Assembly: GCA_905178155.1 (NCBI GenBank)
Contig: CAJINV010000005.1
Coordinates: forward strand, 3,757,697-3,821,696
Source: Amoebophrya sp. A120
Lineage: Eukaryota > Protista > Dinoflagellata
Length of the DNA stretch: 64,000 bases
Reading direction: 5' to 3'
This document shows positions 26,950-38,036 of this stretch, piece by piece (the first letter of the stretch is position 1; each line of letters starts with the position of its first letter). Position numbers and translations under genes: made by a program. The notes under the pieces were generated by a model. It saw only the letters and a list, made by a program, of their open reading frames with translations, had not been told where the DNA came from and ran no database searches.

Positions 26950-29900
26950 TTACACCTGATTGTCGGCGGAAGCTGCGGCTTCCGTTGCAGCTGCAAGTTG
27001 CGGCGGAGCAGCAGCGGCAGCAGCAGCGGGAGCAGCAGCAGCGGCAGCAGGAGCAGCTTCGCCTTCCGCCCTCGTAACCGGTTTCTTTGCAGCAGCCGCG
27101 CCACCTCCACCAGCGAAGGGGCCCGCCCCCATCACCTTCAGCACGATGACAACGATCAGAGCGAGGCCAGCGATACCGCCGAGAATGATCGCGATGAGCA
27201 CACCGGTGTCCATGTCGTCATCGCTGGAGGAGGACGAGGTCGTGGCGGTGGTCGAACCGGCGACGGGCGCGGCGCCGGTCGCCGTGGTGGTGGGCACGGT
27301 AACTGGATTATGAGCGTGCACAGCGTCCCCCTCCCCCTCATTTGTATGGCATGAACAGCAACACAAGCAACAGCAGAAAAGGGGCTTTCGCATGACAAAT
27401 CAAATCTGCAGGCGGCTTGTAGTAGTACTATTTGAGGTCCCAAAATTTGTCATGCCTAACAGTGCTTACGGGCAAGGTGTGAAAAATGTGGTATTTTGCA
27501 TTACAAATGAGGGGGAGGCTGTACAGTTGTGCAGTCTCATACGGATCCACCGTGGCCGTGAAGGTGACGCCGGACAGGGCCGCATCGTTGGACAGCGCGG
27601 TCTGCAGCGTCGTTTGCATGGTGGCGGAGGCGAACGTTCCCGCGGTCCCCGCAGCCGTCATTTGCCCCTGCGCCGTTGCGAGGTTCGTGGCACTGTTGGC
27701 GTCCGCGTACAAGTTGAATGAGCCGCTCGCCCCGGCCGAGCTGGTCGTCAACTGCCGACGCAGCTGCTTGCGAAGTTCGCGGCGGGCAGCGAGCGCGCCC
27801 GTGAAAGCCACGTCCATTTCTGCGTAGATGCCGTTCTGGACTTGTCCGCCGGTGCAGGAGGCCAGATCACTGAACGTCTTGCCCGTACCGGAGACCGGCC
27901 CGCACATAATGCTCAACAACGTGGAAGTGATCTTGTTTTTGGCCGCGGTCTTCTGGGCGGCCGTCAAACTGGCGACATCCATCGCGAAGCTCATCGTGAC
28001 CGGGGTGGAATGGCGAGTGTAGCTGGCCAAGGACGTGGCGCGGTCGTACCCCTTCATCAGGTAGGCGGCCCACGTCGTCGTACCGCAGGCCTTGGCCGTG
28101 TGCCAGTTGTTCAGCTTGCTGGCATCAGCCGGGCACTGCGTGTCGTAGGGCGTGTTGTAGCAGTCGGGCGCGGAGCGGCAGGTGTCGTACGAGTACTTCG
28201 CCGCCGTGGAGCCCGCGAACACGGAACTGGCGATCCCGGTGGGGCAGCTGGGGTCCACGTAGCACCAGGGGACCTGACACCAGTTGTAGTCCTTGCTGCA
28301 CCAGCCCAGGTGGGCGGCCACGTCGTTCTGGGAAGCGGGGCAGTAGCTGTACCAGGGGGTGTCGGGCATCTGGTCCCAGGCGGCGCACGTGGTGCCGTAG
28401 TACGAGATGAATTTCAAGTTCTGGTACTGGCCCGGGTTGGAGGCCGGGTAGCTGCCGGTGATGGTCGAGTTGATTTTGTCCCCGCCGAACAGGCACGCAC
28501 AGGACCCGGCCTTGTCGTACTTGTTCGACTTGGTCCCGGTGGGGTCGTTGGGGCAGAACCCCGTCGCAGTGGTGGACGAGATGCCCGGCACGCTCGTGTA
28601 TCCTGAGTAAAAACGTCCCCACACCATAGTCAAGTTGGGGAATCGGCTAGACAAATCCACAAGCTTTGGCTGTTTTACATGACAAATTTGGATTCGTAGT
28701 GTAGTGCTGTTTGAGCTAGCTCAGCAGCATCACAGATCTAGCATACCATGCCGATTGGAGCATGACATATTGCAAAACACGATTGGAAAATGCTTCTCAT
28801 GGGGCTCCGCATGAGAAACATTTTCAGCATGCAGATTTGCATTACAACTATGGGGTGGGGACGTTTTTGAATAGGATATCGTGTAGCAATTGTTTACGCC
28901 GCAGGGGTTATGGCAGGAAAATAAAACTGCTTCAGTGATGTGAGGACTTTGGTGAAAATTTGCATGATAGAGACGACTTAGCTGTTACTTCACACATGAA
29001 GACAAGGACATTGATTCGCAAGGCTCTGAGACTTCAAACACAGATTCCTCGTCCGCAATTTTTATGCAAGTTTCAACAAGCGAAGCAGGTTTATTTTCGG
29101 GCGATAGGACTGGTACGAGTAAAATGCGAGGGGGGATCCCTGGAAGACGCTGCTCTGGACCCCCCACGTGCACGACTCGTCGGCGTAACACCAGGGCGAC
29201 GTGCACCAGTTGTCCGTGGTTCCGAAGTTGGCTGGCGTCTGGCAGTAACTGACCCACGGCGTGTCGGGCACGCGATCCCACGCCGCACAAGAGCTCCCGT
29301 AGATGCCGACGGCCCCATATGCACTGCGAAATTCATTTGTATTGCCGCACAGGTACAACTACAACAGGCACCACGAGCACGACCACATGATAGAAGTAAA
29401 TGCATCATAACAACATCACCTAAGGACTACCTAACAGCCGCCGCCCACTACGCGACTTGTCAGGCGAAACACGCTGCGACAAGCATCACGATCATCATCA
29501 TTGGCTGTGTCATGCGGATGAAACAGCATGTCAATGGAAATATGTAGTACAACGCCTACGCGCGGTGCGGTATAATATCAATAAATTTCCTTGAGATACA
29601 CCCAGGTTCTTGTACTGTCCCGGGTTAGTAATCGGGTACATGTCCAAGAACGCAGTGGTGTGGTTGGTGCCCTGCGCCTTGCAAGAGCAGTCGGAGAACG
29701 TGCCCTTCAGTTTGCAAACATGCGGCGTGTAGAACTCGTTCTCCTTCGAATCGTATCAAATGCAAATATGTCTGGGTCTGGAAAGTTTGTAATGCTAGCT
29801 TTCCATGCCTAGGAAATCTGTACTGCATAACCAACAAAAGTCGCGCCCTCTTTTGTACAGGCAAAAACGCAGTTTCTCATGCGGACTGCCTATGAGAAAG

Positions 29901-32900
29901 CGTTCTGGAAAGTTGTCATGCTGGGCTGCATTCGAAAGTGTTTCCATCAACCACATTTTAGCATCACAAGTTTCCAGACCCAGACATATTTGCAACGCAT
30001 AAATCGTAGGGGCACTTGGCCGCGTTCGCCGTCTTCCCCGCGGTGGTGTAGCAGTCGGGCGCGGAGCGGCAGGTGTCGTAGGAATACGCCATGGCCGTGC
30101 CGCTGCTGGCAAAGACCGTGGTGGAGATCCCGGTGGAGCACTTCACGGGGTCCACGTAGCACCAGGGAATTTGGCAGTAGTTGTTCCCCGCGGTGCAGAA
30201 ATCGGTCTTCCCGTCGGCGGGGCAGTACTGCTTCCAGGGGGTCCCGTATCGAAGAAAAAAACGGCTTAAGTCTAACTTTTTTGCGGGAACAGCATCACAG
30301 ATTTGTTTTGCATGACAGAAAACCTGTCATGCGCAGCTACTACGCGAAAACATGCATTGAAATAGCCTCTGATGCATATCCGGCATGACAAGCGTGACTG
30401 TATTGCAACGTCTGCAAGACAAAGTTACACTTACACAGTTTTTTTCGTGCGTATCCCGCTCACGCTGTCCCAAGCCGCGCAGGACGTGCCGTAGACCTTG
30501 ATGCTGGTCATGTTGGCAGGCGTATCCAAGAAAAAAAGTGCGTCAGGTTTTACAAAGACATGCTTTATTTGCAGTGATGCAGCAACACAGGCTTGGTCTA
30601 CTGCTCCGTGACAAAAAAAATCTGCAAATAAGTGCCGGAGAGCGCTTTTTCATTCAGGCAAAAGACAATGCATAAAAACTAAAGCAGGTGAGCAATTTGC
30701 GGTTTACGCATGACAGAGCGTGTCTGTCTTGCCGGCCCTAGTACTGCAGCACACCAGTCTGCTCAGCGTAATGCAATTTCGAGCCCGACTACAACAACTT
30801 TTTTCCTTCCATAGTAGGCACTACCGGTGTACAAGGCCGACGGCAGTTCTCCACCGATGTATTTGCATTCGCAATCCCCGGTGCTAGTGCCGGCGTTCTT
30901 CTTGTCCATGCGGTTGGACTGCGTGCCGGTCGGATCGTTCGGGCAGGTACCGAACCCGTCGGTGAGGGTCGAGTTCGCGTAGCAGTCCTTGAACCCGCAC
31001 GTCTGGTACGAGTACTTGGCCGCGGGGGAACCGGTTCCGGCAAACACGGAAGACGCCACCCCCCAGGGGCAGGTATCGTCGACGTAGCACCAGTATCAAA
31101 TGCAAACATGTCTGGGTCTGGAAACTTGTCATGCTAAAATGGGGATGATGGAAAAACTTCCGCATGCAGCCCAGCATGACAACTTTCCAGACTGCTTTTT
31201 CATAGGAAGTCCGCATGAGAAACTACGTTTTTGCATGACAAAAGTGGCTGCGTCGTTTGTTGCTTATGCAACACAGATTTCTCAGTAATGTAAAGCTAGC
31301 ATTACAAGTTTCAACTTTCCAGACCCAGACATTTTTGCAATGCATAACCACGGGTCAAAGCACCAGGGGTTCGCGTCGAGGGGGTAGGAGCTCTTCCCTT
31401 GACAGGAGCCCGCGAACCAGGGGGTGCCGGCGGTGTTGTCCCACGCGTTGCAGCTGGTCCCGTACACCTTGATCGACGCAAGATCCTTGTACTGCCCCGG
31501 CTGGCTGGTGGGAAAGTTCGTGTAAACGCTGCTGGCCAGCTCCTCCCCGTTGTATTTGCAAGCGCAGTTCGTGTACGTGGAGCCGCACTTCATCGGAGTG
31601 GCCCAACCAGACACGAGGGTCTTCCCGGAGTTCGGAATCTGCTTCAGATATCAAATGTAAAAATGTCTGGGTCTGGAAGAATGCATGTTTGTCATGCTTG
31701 TCTGGCATGACTCTCAAATCTGTAGTCATGCACGTGACCCCAGAGCCCCATTCTTCTGTGATGCAGAAACGCAGTTTGTCATGCAGAATAGGCAACACCT
31801 AGGACCTCAGAAACTTGTCATGCTGAGCCAGCATTTGTAGCCTCATCATGAGACGCCACCCAGCATCACAAGTTTCCAGACCCAGACATTTTTACATTTC
31901 ATATCAGCGTCGTCGCGTAGTCGAACGGGCAGTCCTTGATCTTTTTTCCGTTCTGGTTGTAGCAGTTCGGCGTGTCTTTGCACGTATCCATCATCATCAT
32001 CATTTATCCTGCACTAGGGGGGGGCGTGCGGAGGTTTGGGCTCGAGTTCGTTCAAGCTGCATCTCGAGGGTTTCTCACTGCAGCGTCGCACCTCGCTTAT
32101 CGTCGCTTACTAACATCAAGAAGTCTGAGTATCGAACTGCTCAACTCTCTTGAACATCACTGAAGTCGTTCTCTTCTTCTTCTTCGAGGATCGGATCGCA
32201 TTTCAGATCGAGCTTCTTCGTCGCGACGCACTTCTTCTCGTGCGTCTTCATGCGTCGGGACGCGCCGACCTTCTTCTGGAAATCGCGTGGCCAAGAAATC
32301 GAGTGCTCCGAGCAGTGCGGACAAGTCAGCTGTCGGACGCTGAACTTCGAAACGTCGCCACCGCTAAGAAACCGCTGCGGAGGAAGAACAAAACGCTGCG
32401 AAGGCTTGTATTTGTTCAGAATACACTGGCCCGATTTCCCGTACGCGTATTCCTCGGCCGGTGTGTAAGACCCGTCACGCTCACCGACGATGCGGACGAA
32501 GTCGTCCTCTTGATGCAGCTTGAGGTGGGCACGCAGGGCCCGCAAAGATCCGCCAAGCGCCGCCGCGCACTTGTTGCACCACAAAGCGCCAGCCCCGTCC
32601 TTGCAACCAGTATAAATCCCGCCCGATTTCCGCGCAAGGTCGTCCGTTTGCCGCTCCGAAATTTCTCCCTTCAGCACTGTCTGTTTCGCTCGTAACTCCG
32701 CCAAGCTCGGAGTGACTTTGAGGACCGCCCGCTTACTGCCGACGCGGCCCCGATCCCCATACGCCGAATCAAACTCCTCGCGCGAAATTCCGTTTTTCTT
32801 CAAAAGTCGCTCGTACGCATCTAGAACGCGTGCCTGCGATAGCGCGTCACGCCAGGACGCGAAAAACCAATGCTGCATCGTGGCATCGATATACCACGAC

Positions 32901-35134
32901 CTCGTGCGCAGGAACCAGTCCCTGCGAGTTTCCGGAACAGCAAACCCGGCGAGCTCCCGGACCGGAATCCGGGCGGCCGCGCACGCCTCGATGAAGGACT
33001 CGTAGACCGACGGTAGTCGCGATGGGCGTCGTGGCAGGAGGAACATTTCGGGGCTGCAATCCGGGGTCGTGTTGGGGTCCGCGGCGCTGATGATAAAACG
33101 GCCAAAAAACGCCTTGCGCGGCAGGTAGTCCCGGTCGCGCCGCAACAAATGCCCGCCGTGTGACAGCCTGGCATAGCCTATCTCCGCGGAGATCGGCGCA
33201 ACGCCGATGTGTTCCCGGAGGTCGCCATGCGAAACTTTCATGACCTCCATCTGGGGGAGGGACAGATTGAACAAACGCCGAAGGATTGCGTTGTCGGCGG
33301 CTGTCAGGTCACTGAGCTCCTGCGCCGAAAAAGACCGGCAATTCGCTCCATACAACATCGTACCGCGGACCAAAGCAACCACCACCGCGCGCCTGTGCCA
33401 TTTATTCAATTCCCCGAATCCGACCAACGCTGTTAGTGTTCAATTCCCCGAATTCCAAGAAAAAAACGCTGTTAGTGTCAATTTGTGATGCGCAACATGC
33501 AAAGTGATTGCGTCTGTCATGCTTGGCATGCATCGTGGGGTCCATTAAAGGGCGTTTTCACGTACTATCTGCGCATGACAGGTTTTTGCTGTCATGCCAG
33601 ACAAACTTGTAATGCTATTCCGCCAAAATAAAAGTTACACCTACAATGTTTTTTTCTTGGATAGCACGTGTTGTACGAATAGTACACGTCGGTGCTGAAA
33701 TCAGACTGCACTGCACTCGGGCAGCTGCTGTCGACGTAACACCACGGAGTCTGATTTGTTTGTATTTATTGACAGTGTGTTTTTATTATATCGCGCAGCT
33801 ACTGCTATTTGATGTTTAACAACATTTACATACTTGCATACACGATTTCGATTTGACATCCAAACCCCGACGTGACAGGCAACAACAATCCAACAACAAG
33901 AAGATTTAGTCGTTACAACAACGCAAGAACCAGATCATCACTAGATAGAACTAGAAACAGTATGAGTTATTCTGCTTATGCTATACCTGACACCAGCTGT
34001 TGTCGGAATGACAGAAATCCTTGCCAGAAGTAGGGCACGAGCCGATGTACGGGGTTCCTGAAGTTGTTTTCATATTTTTTCGCAAAAAAAAAACTTTCTT
34101 CTTTTCTGCCGTGCTGCTGCTCACAGCAACGGCTACATGATCTTGATCGCAGGCAGATCGCACTACTAACTTTTCGCAGCGTTGTCCTTCTTTTTCAGAC
34201 TTTCTCATCAGGTCTTTTACTCAGGACGATATTTCAAGTACTTACTAGAGAGACCACGCTGGTGGACCACAACAAGAAGAGCGGAATGGGTGGTCGTGGA
34301 CGAGAGTAAAAACAAGTATACCGGCCACGAAATCCCAGGCGGCACACGTGGTTCCGTACATCAGGTTCGAGGTGGTGTTCACCCGGCTCGCCATGGTTGG
34401 GAACGTCTCCAGAGTAGAGGTGGTGCTGTTGTAGTAGGCCCCGCCGAGGCAGGCACAAGAGCCCGCCTTGTCGACCTTGCCGCTGCCCGTGCCGGTGATG
34501 TCCACCGGACAGCCCGCGGACATCGGGCTGTTCGCCGCCGCCCAGCAGTTCAAGGTGCCGCACGTCTCGTACGAATAGTATTCCCCCGAGCCGGAAAACG
34601 CGGACGAAGCGATCGCGGAGTCGCAGGAGGGGTCCACAAAGCACCACGGCTGCGCCACCCAGTTCTCCGACCCCGTGAAGTTCGTCGCGTTCGCATCGTA
34701 GTACGGGGTATCGGGCAAGCTGTCCCACGCTGCGCACGCAGTACCTGATCATGATGTGAAGAGCTGCAGATCAATGTCTGATTTAGTTGTCTAGGGTAAG
34801 CAGCAGATGCTGGAGTGAGTACGTACAACCGATCGGAACTATGGTCCTCGGGGCATGCTGGTAAAATCAATGAAATTGTAAAAAAAAAATGGCCTCAAAT
34901 TAATATAGAGAATGGACGGAAGCATTCTCAAGCCGCTCCATTTCGTTGGAAACAATTACCGTAGAGCGAGATCGCCGCGGAGGAGTTGTGCTGTCCCGGG
35001 TTCGTGGTGGGGAAGTTGTTGTACGTGGTTGCCGGCAAGGTGCCTCCCGCGTACTTGCACTTGCACGCTTGCTTGATCCCGTACGCGCCGGCGGCGAAGC
35101 CCGCCCCGAGGACGAGGCGGAGCTTGTTCTTCAT
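26950..35134 (-). CDS. type I membrane surface protein with six Cys-rich kringle-like repeats, 14 exons
   Basis: signal peptide MKNKLRLVLGAGFAAGAYG; six repeats of YGTxCxAWD..GTPW...WC..PWCYVD..C...YSY.TC; Thr/Ser stalk; TM helix GVLIAIILGGIAGLALIVVIVL; Ala-rich tail; GT-AG introns 34745-34959, 34058-34321, 33751-33986 plus ten introners, all junctions in frame. Confidence 0.88.
27309..27541. mobile_element. introner (TIR TATGAG...CTCCCCCTCATTTGTA)
   Basis: imperfect TIR of about 40 bp; flanks TGGAT/CGGAT; removal gives TATVDP-VTVPTTT. Confidence 0.88.
28599..28878. mobile_element. introner, family A
   Basis: TATCCTGAGTAAAAACGTCCCCACACCATAG ... CTATGGGGTGGGGACGTTTTTGAATAGGATA; perfect TCGTG flanks; removal gives NNCYT-SVPG. 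Confidence 0.92.
28909..29106. mobile_element. introner (TIR TATGGCAGGAAAATAAAACTGCTTC)
   Basis: right end reverse-complements to TATCGCCCGAAAATAAACCTGCTTC; degenerate flanks GGGGT/GGACT; removing the element plus 5 nt gives YSYQS-CG, matching the repeat consensus. Confidence 0.82.
29318..29598. mobile_element. degenerate introner
   Basis: TAT/ATA ends; weak TIR (GAAATT.ATT..TATT..CCGCAC); flanks CCCCA/CACCC; removal gives QYKNLG-AVGIYG. Confidence 0.75.
29754..30001. mobile_element. introner, family B (TIR ...TGCAAATATGTCTGGGTCTGGAAA)
   Basis: 24-bp perfect TIR core; perfect AATCG flanks; removal gives KCPYD-SKENE. Confidence 0.93.
30247..30453. mobile_element. introner, family C (TIR TATCGAAGAAAAAAA...TAACTTT)
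   Basis: imperfect TIR of about 33 bp; perfect TCCCG flanks; removal gives WDSVSG-TPW. Confidence 0.9.
30523..30813. mobile_element. introner, family C-like, degenerate
   Basis: TATCCAAGAAAAAAAGT vs TATGGAAGGAAAAAAGT; flanks poorly matched, but removing the element plus 5 nt gives SAY-ANMTSIKVYG, aligning with YKDLASIKVYG in a sister repeat. Confidence 0.75.
31094..31346. mobile_element. introner, family B (opposite orientation to 29754-30001)
   Basis: TIR core ATGTCTGGGTCTGGAAA; flanks ACCAG/ACCAC; removal gives FDPW-CYVDD. Confidence 0.92.
31649..31903. mobile_element. introner, family B
   Basis: TATCAAATGTAAAAATGTCTGGGTCTGGAA with a near-perfect inverted copy; flanks TCAGA/TCAGC; removal gives YATTL-KQIPNSG. 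Confidence 0.92.
31985..33663. mobile_element. introner, family C, interrupted by a LINE insertion
   Basis: perfect GCACG flanks (31980-31984, 33664-33668); right TIR is the reverse complement of TATCCAAGAAAAAAAC; left TIR split into TATCCA (31985) and TCCAAGAAAAAAAC (33454); removal gives YSYNTC-KDTPNCY. Confidence 0.88.
31991..33453 (-). mobile_element. 5'-truncated non-LTR retrotransposon, RTE-like
   Basis: ORF 32141-33427 matches the post-RT region of RTE-clade ORF2 (MLYGANC...ILRRLF...RLSHGGHLLR...LPRK); CxxC...HxxxH and CxxC...HxxxC fingers; (ATG)n tail at 31989-32003; TCCA on both sides; RT core absent. Confidence 0.85.
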
Positions 35135-36099
35135 TTCGATTCCCATGTCAAAGACGGATCCGCTTGACGCCGTGCGGTCTTTTGCTTTGATGTTGGTCCG
35201 TTTTTATTTATTTGCGCCTGGTGTGTTTCTTTAACACTTGGACTTGGTATAACTGTATTAGAAGCGATCTGGTTATTTTTGACCAGCTTCTTGTGTCTTT
35301 TTAGTTTTAGATTTGGGTTAAGGTTGTGAGTTAGTATTTGCTTTTGCGCGTAGTTCTAGTACTCCTAGCCGTTCTTGACAAGACTGTACGTCCTTTTTTG
35401 CTTCTTGTGAGGGTAGTGAGTCGCGAAGACTACAAACGCGATATTAAAGTGGAGTGCTTGGGCGTCGTGGAGTAAACCCGGTAGGGTTGCTCATTGACAC
35501 TGTCGGGACGATGGAAAGCCTCACAATAACAGTATTAATTTATGCTACAGGGGGTGTAAGGCTTACGCTACGAGGCACACATCGCGTTGCACATAACGAG
35601 CACATGGCTAAGGACCGAGCGGTGTAAGTTTTTCACGACACCGAGCCGGCCACACCTCGTGATGGTGATGTTGACCGACGTGCTTCACGTATGTCTAAGA
35701 ATCTCACACCGACGCATCTATACTTCGTTCCTGATTTACATCTAATTGCGTACCAGCCGCGGGGCGCACGATGCTACGCGACTTTTTGTGATTTACTTTG
35801 TAGTTTCCATTTTCTACGACCGACGTTGACGGAGGGACCGACGTGGCTTCTTCGGCACGCACCGATTTCGCATTTCGATAACTACGAGAAGTTACTACCA
35901 TTTACCGAGCAGCTACTTTGAGTTACACTTACGGAGGCCGGCGAAGATTCGGTGCAAGCATTTTGATATGCTGGCACTTTTCGAACAGCTACAGTTACAG
36001 AAGTAGACTCTACAAAAATATGAAAAACAAGGCATGGAGGCGCGAGCAAAACAACCACTGCAACATAATCACGAGTACCACCGGAACAGGGAAAACGCT

Positions 36100-37660
36100 C
36101 AGGCGAGACACCACGCCCGGCTGGGCCGGGGGCAGTTCTGGCTTTAATGGGCAGCCAGGCCGCGGCCCCCGGGATGGGCCACCAATATCTCTCGACACAC
36201 CTCCCTGGGCCAGGGGGCTACCCCAAATGCAATATTACAAGCTGGCGCCATCACCACAGCAGAGCGAGGGCGCGGGGGAAAGCAAGGTGGCCGGCGCCTC
36301 CGCCTAGTCGCGCCGCCCAGAAAGCAACACGGGCAACACAGCGGGCGCCAACCCCTCCCCGGGCGCAGGCGCTTCCTGGTCCTAGCCGAACACCGGCGGC
36401 CCGGGAACGAAGGCTGGGCGGGGAAAAAAACCATCGCGCCCGCGCCCTCCGCCGGCCCCCCGCCGAGCCCCGCGCGCGCCCGCCGGCGGCCGGGCTTCCA
36501 CAGAGGGGGCGCCCGCTCGCGAATTTGACCAGCCTGCCGGGCCTACTGGCCCCTGCTGTCGGATGGCCGCAGCAGCACGGCCGCGCAGACCGTCTTGCGC
36601 ACCCTCACGCACGCCGCATAAAAGCTGCTGACCTCGCCGACAAATAACAGTGCTTGCTGGCAGCTGAGATTCAGCGTCGTGCTGCGTATTTGGGCGATGT
36701 CCCCGACCAGTTGGAAGCTGGAGCTTTTTTTCATTTTCTCGATTCCTTGCCATGAAGCACGAACACTACTCGAGTCACGCGTTGCGCCGTTCGAAGCAGT
36801 CAGCTGCGCCCGCTCCATAACCAGTCGGAAGAGCTTATGCACTAGCAGAACGGTCCACGTCCCTTTCCTCCATAAAGCTGGGGCGGCGCGCACCCTTTTT
36901 CTGCCGGCTTCGTTCCTTCGCTAGCTCCTGCGCTTGGGCTCTGTTCTACCTCGTAGCCAGCTGCTTCCTCTGCTCGCCCCGCAACCGGCTGCTCCGCCTC
37001 CCCGGCCCCCCTTTGATGGCGTCGCTACCCCCCTCCGAGGCGCCGGGCGAAGCTTCCAAGTGCGCCAAGCCGGGCTGCCGGCAGCGCCCGCGAGTAGGGC
37101 GCCCCGCTGCGTTGCCTGGGGCTGGCGACGGCGGCCCGGCCCGGCCGCAGGAGCACGCTGGTAAGGCGCGCCGCGCTTTCAAGGCGCCACACCCCCGGCG
37201 CCGCCCTTCGTGCGCCGTCTGTCTGCGGCGGCGGATGGAGCAGGCAGGGCCCCGCGCGACCGAGGGCGCTGCGCAATTGCCTCACCCACTTGCTGGCCGG
37301 CGGCGCGGTTACTGGCTGCCTGCGTGTGCAGCGCGTTATGTCGCTCGCTGCCGTGGCCCCCGGTGCTTCGCGCGCGTCACCCAATGCCCGCCCGCGGCCA
37401 GGCGCTTTTCTCAAAATTGCGGCGCCGGCTCGTTTTTTTTTTTTCCTTATACGGGTGGCCCCACTCTTCCGCTGTCGCCGCCAACTGGGCGGCCAGCGCC
37501 CGCGTCCCCTGCTCGGCCCACTCCACCGCCATGCAGTGAAAACGTGCCCCCCCCCCACCGCTACGCGCCCGCCCCCGGCTTGCCGGCGAGCTCGCAGGGG
37601 CCACCCGCCCGGGGCCGGAGAGGGGCCCGCCGGCCACAAAGACAACAGGGCGCGGGAACT
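36100..37660. other. GC-rich intergenic island, possibly a decayed repeat or transposon
   Basis: abrupt shift to very GC-rich sequence with Arg/Pro/Ala/Gly ORFs in all frames and no recognisable protein. Confidence 0.45.
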
Positions 37661-38036
37661 GCAAGAAGCGCGAACGCTCTCGCACTATCATTCAACGTTG
37701 CAAGAGCATAATCGTCGCGACATCGAAAACACCAGCCGTCTTCGAAATCTGTCTGATGATCGCACGTCGCTGCCGCGAGCATGAAATCAAGTTGCTGCTG
37801 TTCGCTACCGCCTGAACAACAACCAACTGCTGGCTTTCCTGCGCCGTCCGTCAAATTTTCAAGCGTTGCCGTGTTCTACGACTTTTATTTTCGGGTAGGA
37901 CAGCTGGACGCTCACGCTTCGGTGGTTCACGAAACGCAGACGCATTTCATTTGGAAAAAGAAGTTTTGCAAGCACTAGTAACAAGAAATCAAGGGAAAAC
38001 TCACGATGTAGCAGCAACCTGAAATCTGTCACCAGA

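Noticed and set aside
29795-31798. Short ORFs sharing peptides such as SFQTQT and MSGSG as a peptide family
   Set aside because: They are translations of the family B TIR, not genes.
26950-35134. Reading the fragmented Cys-rich ORFs as a pseudogene or several small genes
   Set aside because: Every break coincides with an intron or introner whose removal restores frame and repeat consensus; the exons have no stops.
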